From: Phoronis australis
Lineage: Eukaryota > Animalia > Phoronida
Length of the DNA: 64,000 nucleotides
Assembly (NCBI GenBank): GCA_002633005.1
Contig: NMRA01000199.1
Location: 318,995 to 382,994, forward strand
Direction: 5' to 3'
A program made the translations under genes and the position numbers. Positions 38,701 through 51,200 of this stretch are shown in pieces. How positions within the stretch are numbered: position 1 is the stretch's first letter; every line of letters begins with the position of its first letter. The notes below the pieces were generated by a model, which was not told the DNA's origin, did no database searches, and worked only from the letters and a program-made list of their open reading frames with translations.

Positions 38701-41700
38701 TGTTGAAAAGTTAATGTACAAGAGACCCAAAAAGTAAGTTCTCGTTGTGAGAACAATGATTCTCTCATTTAAGGTTCTGTTTTCCTATTTTTGCCTCACA
38801 TTTTTGTAGGTCAGGCCATTAAGACCTGACTTGTTGCCAGACAGGACCACCCATACTGGCCAAGACAGTTTAGCCAGCATATGTCAAGATAGAAAATGAA
38901 AACATTTTAATTTTAGAGTAAACAAATTTTACAACTGTGTATTTCTGGACAGTGCTGTGTTTTCAACCAAAACTTTATGTTTACTACCATGAAAAACTAT
39001 ACATGCTATCAATATTTTTTTCTACCATGAATATAGTTTTTACAAAACAATTCAGAAGTTCGTCTAGATTGTTATATATCTCAGCCTGGCCTATATCTTT
39101 CAGGTAACCTTTATTGGAAATTTTTTGGACCAAACCAGTTGTTATTTTCTTCATCATTTTTTCTTATAATTTCATTCCTTTTTGTCAGTTTACTAAAAAA
39201 ATATCATCATGTCTCGCATTTCTGTCTCATCAGACTCTGCCTTTAGCTCTTGGTCCAGATCCTTCTTCTTTCCTGCTTCTACCGATTCTACTTGTAGTCA
39301 GCAAGTGAGTTTGGCTCAATACCCACTACGATGAAGATGAGGCTGTGCGCACCTTTCGGGTGATGGACGATTTTGGTCAAGAGGACATCGAAGTGCTGGA
39401 GTGCTCTGTATTGTGTATAGGTATTCCACTGACTTAACAGCCCCCTTCCTTGAGGATGATACAACTCTGGACTTAGTGAAAAGGTTTGACCTTCCTTCCT
39501 TGAGGATGGCTTGAGAACTTTATTTATCTGCCCATCATACATACCTTTATGTGTTCATATCAGGACAACTTTGGAAATAAATATTGCAGTTGTCGTTTGC
39601 ATAGCATGAACTTTCCTGCATGGCTCAAGACAATTAAGGTCTACATTTTGTTACATTGTTGTGGAAAGTATGTTTAATTTGTATTTACTGTATGAAGCTT
39701 GTATTAAAATTTCTGTTTATCATACTTTTCATCAATACATATTTGAAATGATGTTGTTTATCTTTAATTTTTTAAAGTAATGCATTTTGAGTCAGTCGCA
39801 AACTGCATGTCAACAAAAAATTCAACAAAAAAGTCACAAAATAATATCAATAATTTGCCCAACCAATAATCAGATTTCAACTTCCCTGATGAAAAATCTT
39901 GAAATGATACTAGCTTATTTTTTTCTTGAGTAATTGTTATTTTATGGTTTATGCCAATTCAAAACGACAAAATTGTACGCACTGACTTTTCTTCGTCGGC
40001 TTTGTTGGCTCTAAGGTCAATATCTTCGCACAGGAATGTCCAATCGGAATGTTCTTTTTTGCAAATTATTCATCATAAAATTTTCTTTGAAATGATGTAT
40101 AACATGTCTGTCTAGGTTACGTAGATTTGTAACCATAATATTTCAAACTCACAAATTTGATTTGACAGAATTTTTACCAAAAAATTTGACACAAAAACAC
40201 CATTTTCTCCGGAACCGTAAGTCCGATTTAAAAAATTTCTGCAGTTCTTTTAGTCTCGTAGAGAGCTTTCTCGTGTTGTATATTACATGCACATTTTCAA
40301 AAAGTTTTGAAAAATGCTGTTCTCACTATCAACAGTCTCAATGCCAATGCAGCCAATGGCAATGGCAATGCTGGCTGACTCGATTCCTAGGCTAGAGCCG
40401 TGACCAGTGGAAGCACTTGGTTCACGGAATATATGACCGATACATCAGAATACAATTCATTTTTCAACTATTGTAACGTAATGTTGTTGACGCAGTCGAT
40501 GGCACTTTCATGAGGCGAAGTTTACAGAACAGTACTCACTTTCATGGGCGCAGCCATTTTCGCATGTTTTCATGACGTACTGGAAAAAGTTGTTCCGGTC
40601 ACGTGATACGGTGGTACCCGCCAACATGTTCAAAGTTTCGATATTTTGAATTTCAGTTGTGGTAAGTTTTGAGGTGAAAAAGGCCACTATCGTTGCACAG
40701 TATTGATGATGTTTGATAAAATGCAATCTTATATACACTTGGAATACTTAAGCAAGAGTGTTGTCTTATTTTATCAGGAATTCGGCGTCATAGATTTTTG
40801 CTTTTTGTCCTTGCCATGCCTTCTCCGACCGCCTTGCGCTGGGCGACGGCTAACCATTCCCTGTAGCCTACTATTACATGTAAATAACTACTTACTGACG
40901 TTTAGTGTCGTCATATTGCAAACAAGTACCTTCAACTTTGTACCAAGACTAAGCATGCCTTAGTTAGTCAGCTGTTGTATGTATAGCTAGCTAGCAGTGT
41001 AAGCCTGTGCACAGGCGTCCTCTTCTGTTCTGATCGTCCCCAATAGGCAATACACTATATATTACTACAAGCAGGGAGGACAACGTTTTTTAATTTTTTT
41101 TTATAATACCCATGTGTCATACATTTTTGAAAAGCCCTTGGTGTGAGAAATGACATGGTGCAAAAATCAGAAAAATTGGATGAGCGGTTGATGAGAAAAT
41201 GGCCATTGAAACGGGACTTGATACACAGGTTCTCGTGCAGCTTAGCTCTACTCATATGAAAGCTTGAGTACACGCTTGAGATGACGACCAACAAACGCAG
41301 ACGTCCTGCGTGCAGCAGAGCCACACGAAGAGAGCCCTCTCGATTCCCCAGTCACGTGACAAAACTAGAACTTAAAACATCCGGCCACTGACGGAAACCC
41401 ACGGACGAACACGAACACACAAGACAACACGAAAGACGAGACCACACAAACCAACATTCACAACAATGCGTATAACGTAAAATATCTGCCTTTTTACCTA
41501 ATTTCGTAAGAAATAAAAGAATTTACATGTGCTGCATATAAAAAGATTCGTCTCATTGAGACAAACAAGGTGGTGTGTATTACATAAATTTTGGATCGAT
41601 TTCTACAGAGATATTGCTGTTTAAGTGTGTTGTTATAGCCTATAGAACAGGCTCATCATGGATTACACAGCTTAAAAGGTAAAGAGCAAAGACATCACAT

Positions 41701-41947
41701 CAGCTCAGAAATAAATTCATCTGAGCTTTTTTCAAATGTTCTGTCCGCGCATTTTATTATATTTCCAAGTAAAAAAGTCGTCATGTTTAAAGCGGCTGTG
41801 GAGAGCACCGAATCTGTAGTGTGTGGTAGAAGGTTTTCAACAAAGTATGCATTACATTGGCGAATTATGCACCTACGTATTTATCGTTCATTGCACAATG
41901 CGGTCATTCCCTTACGGCATGCTTGTGATGGATGTACTTGAAAATCG

Positions 41948-42035
41948 CAGGTGCGCGCACCCAGCTTAAAAATAGGGGGGCTCGAATTTTTTGAGAATGT
42001 GGACCTTTTACTAAAAGGAAAAGAAAAAAACCGGG
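41948..42035 (+). mobile_element. Truncated copy of the MITE at 60116-60347
   Basis: GCGCGCACCCAGC..AATAGGGGGGCTCGAATTT..ATGTGG..CTTTT.CTAAAA matches the left arm of the 60116 element. Confidence 0.6.
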
Positions 42036-42232
42036 TATGTTCAGAATGTGCCTACATTTTGAGAACCAGTTTGATGCTGTTATTTAGTGGAGAAAATTGG
42101 TTCGTGAAATCCAAGAACTATGTACCGTCCACGTTGCTCTTGTTGTATATTAGTAAGTAAAATCTCCAGCAATAGGAAAGAGCATGCCACTTCACTGTTA
42201 ACACTTTTTTCAGGTAGTGCTGGCTATCAGTC

Positions 42233-42278
42233 ATGCCCAAGCAGAAGAAAGTGGTGCAGACAATTTACCTCGGATCTG
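42233..42278 (+). CDS. G2E3/PHF7-like first coding exon
   Basis: Exon starts at 42214 after ttttttcag; ATG 42233, MPKQKKVVQTIYLGS|gtaaga; phase 1 fits the next exon. Confidence 0.7.
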
Positions 42279-45200
42279 GTAAGATGTCTTTGCGAAAATA
42301 ACTTGGTCTCAGTAATTGCAGCACGTTTTCATAGCAGCTAAGTTTTACATCAAAATTGTTCGATTAATGTGTGATGCTTGTAACTTTGTTTAATAATTTG
42401 CATCTGAACATAACACTACGATTTTTTAGCGATGTTCATATCCACAGTGTACTACTATGCAATTTCTCTGTATTATAGCTAATCAGACGTGTGTGTATTT
42501 AGGACTACTGTGCCACGTGTGTGTGTATTTAGGCCTGTACTGTGCCACCTGTGTGCGTATTTAGGCCAGTACTGTGCCACATGTGTGTATATTTAGGCCT
42601 GTACTCTGTATGTTGATGTGAAGCTCCATTTGAATTTAGGCACCTAGCCCACATGTAAAATATTTGAGAAAAAACAAAGAATCATAACATGTGAGTGAAT
42701 ACTGAGTTAGCCATTACACAACAGGTGGAGCTTCACTAACTGAAATTTTGTAGAATGGATGAGAAGACAACAACTTACAGTTCAGTTAGCGCAATCCAAC
42801 GACAATTTGTGGCGCAGGTTTCAAAAGTAGGTGAGCTCTGATCAAAACCTATTTTGAGATTCATATTACATGTAATTTCAGACCGCTGCGTTTTCTGTGG
42901 CAGTGATGAGGACAACGAGGCAATGTTTGGCCAAAAGCTGGTAAAGAACGGACTGTTTGTTCATTACTTCTGTATGGTGAGTTTGTGTGAACAATACAAC
43001 AGTAATTTCGTACACAAAAGTAAAACAACATGTAAGCATTTGGCGAGAGTATGTAGAAAAGAGCCTCCAAGATGAATCTCTTGCCAGTTGTTAAAGAGGA
43101 AAGCAATCGGGTTTCTTATGTTGTGTTCTGTAAAACTACTCAATGTTAATTACAAACCCCCTGGCGTGTATGCACTATCCTTGGAATGATAGAACGTTAC
43201 GTTCTCCATTCACTTCCATTGAGCAAACATAGTGTATCCTTTCCCATTGAATAGTCAGTGCTGGTCATTCTTGTTTGGTCAATGGAAGTGAATGGAGAAC
43301 CAAGATATGGGCCCTTTGGCCATTTACATCACTATCTTTGGCTCCTTGTATATGTTCGTCAAGGGATCGGAAAGCATATTTACCAAGACAATCAGACATT
43401 TGTATTTTTACTGCAGTTTGCATAAAGATGGTTGCCTTCTCCTTTAACATACCGTATCCACTAGGGTATAAGTCCAGGTGGAGCTCTAAAATCGGTTGTG
43501 GCCCTATACCCTGTATCATATTCGTGTTTAAGGCCATTGGCTTGTATCACACAGTCAAGCATCTGCATTGTCATTGATCGTAATTTATTTGAAACATTTT
43601 TTGTGAATTGATATTACCCATTTCTATGAATGGTGTGATACTAGTGGTTGATGAAAATTAGTATTAACACTTAATATAAGTTTTTCATGCAAGGTTTACC
43701 ATCAGTTATGATACTTAAGATGATTTTTATGACTAACCGGTGATAAATGATTAGAAAAGCTAATGTTCTCAATGGTGTTATGAGTGACCAAGCGTGGTAT
43801 GAATTACTTTTTTAACTTGATTTGACTTGGACGGTATAGTTATGACTCTGATAAGTAATGTAACCACTTCTCAGTGTGTTAACATTTAGTTGATGTGCTA
43901 TTTATACTTGCCCTTTCTCGTGTGTAGCTCTTCGCCAGTGGACTGTGCCAAAACGGAAAGTCCGACTCATCTGGTATACTTGGCTTTCTCCCTGATGACA
44001 TCATCAGCGAGGTCAGAAGGGCAAAGCGTCTGGTATGTTCACATCGTTGTCTCGCTCGATTGTTTCTCATCGGTTTTGCAAGAAGCTGAAGTAACTGTGG
44101 CATTTCCATAATTTTTTGTTTGCTGGCACTGGGGCTAACTTAGGATCTCCCGTATATGAGCCAGCCACACTGACCTCTGAGCTATCAAGATTTTGTCGGG
44201 AACGAACGACGCAAGCTGTCCAGCAACTTTATGTGGATTTTCGTCAAATAAAGCGAGGTAGCAATGGTGAATCTTGCCATGAAAGCAGTCAGTGAACCCC
44301 ATTCAGTCCATAGTTTTAATAATGCGTAAGGAACGTTTACTGGCCTTAAAGGGGTTATTCCCTCAAAACAATGGTTTTTAAAGGTGGCACTGCCTGGAAC
44401 TTTAGTATCATTCTGTGGTGATGTACTGTGTACAGTTCTCCACTTGCTTTGTGCATTCGATTATCTTACTGCTTCCACTTTGCACACTGATCCACTTCAG
44501 CGCTAACTGCTCCAATAATCTTGTTTCTCTTGTGATTATGGCATTTCTTCACTTATTCGGCTCACAATATGGCGGACAAGTGAAATTCTATTTTATTAAA
44601 TGTTTCCATGAAAATAAATATTGTAAACATTTTTAGTCTATTACTAGCACGTTTTTACTGTGTAGTCTGTTATTGGCATGTTTTGTACTGTGTAGATGTC
44701 ATAAAATCAATTTTGGTAAACTTTCCATTATTTGCAGCGAAGTAATTAGCTTTTGGAAAAGGATAATTTTGACAATCGTTTTTGTCCCAAATAATTCCGT
44801 TATTACACTCTAATACCTATTTGTTAGTGTTATAATGGCTATTACTGTCAGGGCTGTTCCAGCAAAATCAGTGTGGGAGGGGGGGAAGGCAACTGAAATA
44901 AAAATTTATGGGTGGTTGCGTTTGATTTAAATTCAAAATGGCTGGTGGTCGTACTTCAAAAAAATAAAAATTTACAGGTCGTTGTTGTTTCATTGGGCCA
45001 TAAATGTTTGATGGTGTGTAATTTTAGTAAATTTTATAAACAATCCGCACAGAATCAAAAACTGAAACAAAAATGCAACCTGCAAAAAGGTACGACTTTT
45101 TCACTCCCTCCGATCTCCTCATCCGCATGCCCATAATACCATTTAACCACAGGTACTCGAATTTCTCGACGGCTGATAACCATATATAAGAAACATGTTT

Positions 45201-48200
45201 TCTTAGTAATGATGCAGGAACAGATAAACTCAAGCGCCTGTGCAGTCAACCACAAGAACAAAAAAAATTACGGGTGGTTGCATTTCAAACTTATAAAAAA
45301 TTACGGGTGGTAGGCTGAAGAAATAAATGAAAAATATGGGTGGTGGGTGCGAAAAAAGGTGCCTTCCCCCCTCCCATACAGATTTTACTGGAACAGCCCT
45401 CAATGAGTGGAGGTATTTTTCACATTCAGAGATGTGTGTACTGTTCTGCGGGAGGGGCCTCTATTGGCTGCCTAGGCAAACAGTGCCGGAAGTCCTACCA
45501 CTTTGGCTGCGGTCTCAAGAATGGTGTTCTCTTCCAATTCTTTGATTGTTACCAGTGAGTATCTTAGTTTTAAAGCCTATCTTCAACGGTAACACATGTA
45601 AATTTGGTTCTTCCAGTATGTTAAGAGTATTGCTCCGAGCCCACTAGTGCCATAAATTGCCAAATGTGACGCACTGTTAGATGCATTTTAATTGCAGTGG
45701 CATGCAGTTAGAAAGCATCTGTTACTGCAGTACTTGAACTTTGTTGCTTTGTTGCAGTCTTATGAGCATTATAACAAAAAATCCATCCAAAAGTCGGATA
45801 TCAAGTGCTGTCTTGAAATGGGTGGGTGGGTGCGTGCGCATGTGTGTGTATGTGTGTGTGTGTACAGAGTGTTAGCTACAGTTGTGTTGGGTTCGCGACT
45901 GTATAGGATATTTGAGAAATATGATAAATGCCCAAGTCCCCAGTCTTCAGAACCATGAAAATTCTATTGCTTCGTGAATTTCCGTGTCCCAAACTTTAGA
46001 GACTGGCTCAATGCGGAGATTTACCACAAAGTCATTGATAATACTGTATTACTAACTAGTAGAGAGTTGATTGGCAGGAATAACTGATTAGTATTATTCA
46101 AGCTAAACATACATTGAATTATTGCAGGTCATTTTGTCAAGTTCACAGGCCACAGCAATCACTGAAAGTCTGGAAGTTGTCACCCAAGAAGCATAATGAT
46201 TCTGTGTGCTGTGTTTGTATGTGTCATGTGACACACACCCTGGACAATGACACTCTCAAAGGACCATGCTGTCGGGATTCATGGTTTCACAGGGAGTGCA
46301 TGCAGGTGAGTTGGAACTGTTTCAACTTGTTGCTGTTGCTGATTTTACCAGTTTTATTCAATAGTAGCTTCGATGACTTTTCACTTGGTTTGATTCTCAT
46401 GCATTGTGAAAACGATGGCTGTTTCACTGCCAAACTGCCACAGAGACCAGGTGTCCACGAAGGGGTCATTATCACCAGTATTTAGTACATCACCCTTCAT
46501 GTATTGATTAATGCCGTAATAAACAAAAGCCTCTTACCTCAGCGCATGTGTATTCTTTGAAGTATGTGGTTTGCCTACAAAACTAACTGCAAAAATGCCA
46601 GTAGGTTTGAAATAACTCAAACCTTCAGTGCCAAGAATTTTTGCTACTGGAGAAAATGCTAGCGTTTTAGCCAGTTCTTGAACATGGTATTAGGTTACTG
46701 TTGGTTTATGCGTGTTGATGCTAAGTTTCTGAAAACTCATTCACTTGGAAGATGTGGTGCAGTTTTACTCTAGAAACTTGAATCAGTTTTGTCCTGGCCA
46801 CTCACTGATTCTGTAATTGTCTTCTGAGGAATAACCTGGGGTCATATGAATATGGTAGAACCAACTAAAGCTTCACAACAAGTCTCAGTGTGCTACAGTC
46901 TCTGTTCACGTATGTTTATGTAGAATGGGGAACGGACAGTCTAATTCATAGTTCTTTGTTCACATTCCTTTTTCCGTTCATTGTTAGTGCCCCTTGTTCA
47001 TAATCCTCGTTCACACCTCTCGTTCACACCCTGTTCATGTACCATGTTCATGCTTTTTTGCATTGTAATTGATGTTGCAGAACTACGCCACGTCTTCAGG
47101 TCTTTACTACTTCAAGTGTCCCCTATGCAATAATAAAGAAGATTTCCAACGTGAAATGCTGCTGTTTGGCATCTATATCCCTGATCAGTAAGTTGTGCAT
47201 TGGTGCTCTTGTCTCAATGTACAATAAAACTTGCATGCAGCAACTAAGTGTGGTCAAGCCATACTGAGAGACTTTATCTGAACAAGGATATATCTTACTT
47301 ATCTCAAAGGCCCGGTGCACCCACTGGAACTGCTATACAGCAGCACTTTGTTCAAGTTAGGTGAAAAAAAACAGCTTGTGAATGGGCGACTCATGCGAGT
47401 TTTAACGTACTACTGTTTATTGAGATTTAAGCTGCCTTCATTACCAAGGATTGGTTTTCTTAAGTAACTGTCAAAGTATTAATAGTAGACCCATAAAACT
47501 ATGTATTATTAAATTCCTTTAGCTGATGATCATAGTGTTTTACTGTGTGTCCACATTTTCATAATCATACGATTGCTTTTTGTTTCTGTTTTCTAAGAAA
47601 AAAATATTTTTCATGGAGATACCGAGTTTTGCATGAATACGAATTTTTACTTGCAAATCTTGCAAGCTGTATTTCTTTATTTTATTAGCTACAAAAGTTT
47701 GTCTGGAATTTTCTTGTAAGGCCTTTTAACCTGAGAACTCAGATGTCCAATCTAAGACTTAAGTTCTTTCAAGGAATGTTGACATCTTCATATTTGAAAA
47801 TTAAAACACCTTAAAAGAAAACCCCAGACCCTCTATGGTAGCAAATAGAATAAAGAAATACATGCACAAAAATCATGCTTGTGGGAGTTTCAGCGATCTG
47901 CATGAAAAATCAAGATTTTAAAAAAAAATAGTCGTGTGGTTACGAACATCTGGATTTGTTTTTTTATGCACACTATGATCATTGATGATTTTGAAAAATT
48001 ATTGGGTCATGTGTTCCGTATGAATGCTTCTAAAGTTATTTAAGACATTCAATCCCTTGTAGTGCTGGTGTCCTGTTACTTGAGAACCTGATGTATATTG
48101 GAGACTGTGAGCTAAACTTTTATAGTCAGGCTCAATGTTGCACTGAAATGACACCATCCACGTTGTTGGTGTTCAGTGTGATTGGCATGTTAGTTACGTT

Positions 48201-51200
48201 CATATGCAGGTACATCAGCTGAGTACAGGTGTTTTTCACATTAGTATTATAGTGAATGAGAATCTCAGGAAAATGCACTCGATCAGTCATTAAGACTCAC
48301 TGTCTTTTTTCACCACTCAATTCCTGTGGGGTATCATGCAGTTCTAGACGCGATATGAAGGCGTTTTCTTAGATGAGTGTCGTGTATTGTACTGTATTCA
48401 ATTCTAATGTGAAGATTATTGCTACTATATAGCTTTTGTAGTTTTGTGAATTTGATAACAACATCCAAGTCATTCCACTTCTACTTTGGTAGAGACGCCT
48501 CGTGGGAAAGGGAGCACAACGCCTTCTCAGAACTGTACGAGCGCCACTGTCGTTGTGACGTACCCAAGTGCCTTTGTCCCAAAGGACGCAGCTATGACAA
48601 AGATGACAGGTAGATGTCTGTGATACTGGGATACCGTGGAGTTGTTTAATACTTGTCGTTATCAGCCTGAACTTTTGCTGTCTGTCTCGCCAGTTTCTTT
48701 CTTGAAACACAAACTACTAAGTTTCGTTTACATCAGTCTTTTGCACTCAAAACTTTGCAGCATCGTACTCAATATTAGCTGAAAGTCCTGCTTCATTTTG
48801 TTCATCGACAGTTTTAATTACAATTTCTGTCCAGTCTCTTCATGAAAGGTACAAAAACTTGCTAAACATGGGATAAATTATCTCTAGTCGGAAAACAGCT
48901 AAACAGTCAGTCTAGTATATATTAATGTTTTTTTATATTTGCTTGTAAGTTTCTTCTAAGAATGTTTCTCTAAGCAGCACTGATGGAAATGACAGCGTGC
49001 AAGTGGTCAGAGTTGGAAGTTCAAATACACAATATTCCCTATATAAATATATAAAGGTGGATCCAGTCCTCCAAATGATCAAGCATGGTTTATTCCTGCA
49101 AGACTATGTTAGTGGCCATTCTTCTCTGGCCTTTTATGACGTTAGCACAACTGCTGTCAAAACATTGTTGGAAAAGTTTTTTAATTTGCTAGGTGTAGTG
49201 TAATTGAATGTTTAAAAGTTTTTGGAATTTTGAATGTATCATTGAATAATAATGTAAAACGCTGTGGTTTCTGTCAGCTGCCCTTGTGCTGATGCCGTTT
49301 TTAACTGTTGTGTTTGCAGCAAGTGGGAGATCATTCTTTGTCAGATGTGTGGAGCGCACGGCGGTCATGTTGGATGTGTCACGTTACCACGCAGTGGAGT
49401 CCTCCTGTGTCCAGATTGCCAGACAATCTCAGAGAGGGTCAAGACAACTTGCCCAGGTTTGTATACTGCCCTGCAATACACTCTAATGGACTGATAGACT
49501 TTCATGACATTGTTTATTTGTTTAACTGCTACCGATATGAAGTGAAATCGCTCGTCCAGGATTAACAACTAGTACTGGAATCTCTAACAGGCCTCCCACC
49601 AAGATCAAGCCCCTGTGGGGATTCTTTTGAAAATAAGATTCATAAACCTCGATGGGTGCTGTTTGGGATCATTGTACATGTCTTGTTACATGTGGAAAAA
49701 GGGGACAAGATGTCAAATATTTTCTCAATTTTGCTATCTTTAAAAAGGATAGTCAAGGTATGATGAATTACCAGTCCTGGCAAATAAGTGCAGGCCAGAA
49801 TCAGTGTCTGTAACTGAAATAACAGTCGTCTCAAAACTTGTTTCACCTTGTTCGTGTGAAGTTGCTAATTTTGAGTGTCCCAAAGCGCCCACTGTCACGC
49901 CTTCATTAAAGCCACAAACAGCAATAGGTTGGGACAGAATCACCATGTTGAAACCAGAATAAAACTTCTTATTATTTATAAAAAAATAGAGCAATTATTG
50001 CAAAAGTTTAACAAATCATAAAATCTTGATTTCTGAGACAAATCTAGCCACAGAGTTGCTGTCGCTGAAGCCCACTTTGTCCAACATTAAGAATGCCACT
50101 CCACAATATTCTATAATAACTTATAAATTTAATTTTTGACAAAAGCAAATTTTTTAAGTTGGGGGTGAGTGAGCATGGTTTTAACTTATGTAGCACGCTT
50201 TGTGTCATTCAAAAGTACGCATTGTCAGGTATTTGTTTTTAACTATAATCCTTTTCAGGTATTGAGTTTCGGATGCCGTTGTGAATCCAAAACGCAATGT
50301 GACATAGGTACCTTTTTTGTTTTTGCAGCTAAGCCGAAGACTAAGGTTAAGACCAAAAATAAGGCACATGGGACTGCTAAGATGAAAATGAAAATAAATA
50401 AAGAGCTTCCTCCAAAGTATCGCACTAACCGGCTACTAAAGCTTTCGTCTGTGCTTTCCGTCTCGCTTAGTCCTCTTAAACTGGAAAACTACAGGCTGCC
50501 TGCGAATGGCAAGACTTCAGCAAATAACAGCGAAGATCCAAGTAAAGTGTTCTCTCCACGGAAATACCGACGAAAACTCTGGGCACACGGTAATGTGGTG
50601 AAAAAGAAGTCCTTGCCCAACGCAACCATCGACAGATTTTTTAAGGTCGATCGTTCCAAAGGTCGCCAGGCTCGCTTTGCAATAGTTAAGAAACTGGGTC
50701 CCTTGTCAAAGCGCCGAGAAAAAACAAAACTATCGCTGAATTCGGCACCAGCTAAATCTAGGCAAGCCAAGCTTACCTCGTGGGTGATGAGCTCGGATTC
50801 TGATGATTTGCCTCTTAGCTTGCTGTTGAATAGTTCGCCCCAAAAGCAGTACAAGGTGCAGAAATTGCCACAATCCCCCTCACAGTCATGTGATCAACTT
50901 GTGTCTGTGTCGTCACAATCACCGTTGAAGCTACACACGTCCCCATCTAAGTCTACCACTCTCTCATCAGCATTGTCTGAATCTGGCAGCTCATCCAGTC
51001 AGTCAAGTGGACCGGCACTGCCCAAATTGTATCCTGCTATTTCGGGAGGTGATCAAGCAAAGCCAAAATGTCTCAGATCTACCTCTAGGCCCGAAGACTT
51101 GATAGCATTCCATGCAGAGATTCGCAATCTGATTGTATCTCATGGTGCGTCCTCGTCACCCATTGCAACAAATAAAGCACCACCACTGTGCTTCACTCAG

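Noticed and set aside
50169-50328. N-terminal 53 aa of the 850-aa ORF as a standalone gene start
   Set aside because: Starts at a non-ATG codon in T-rich intron sequence; a strong in-phase acceptor at 50328 explains the ORF as an internal exon.
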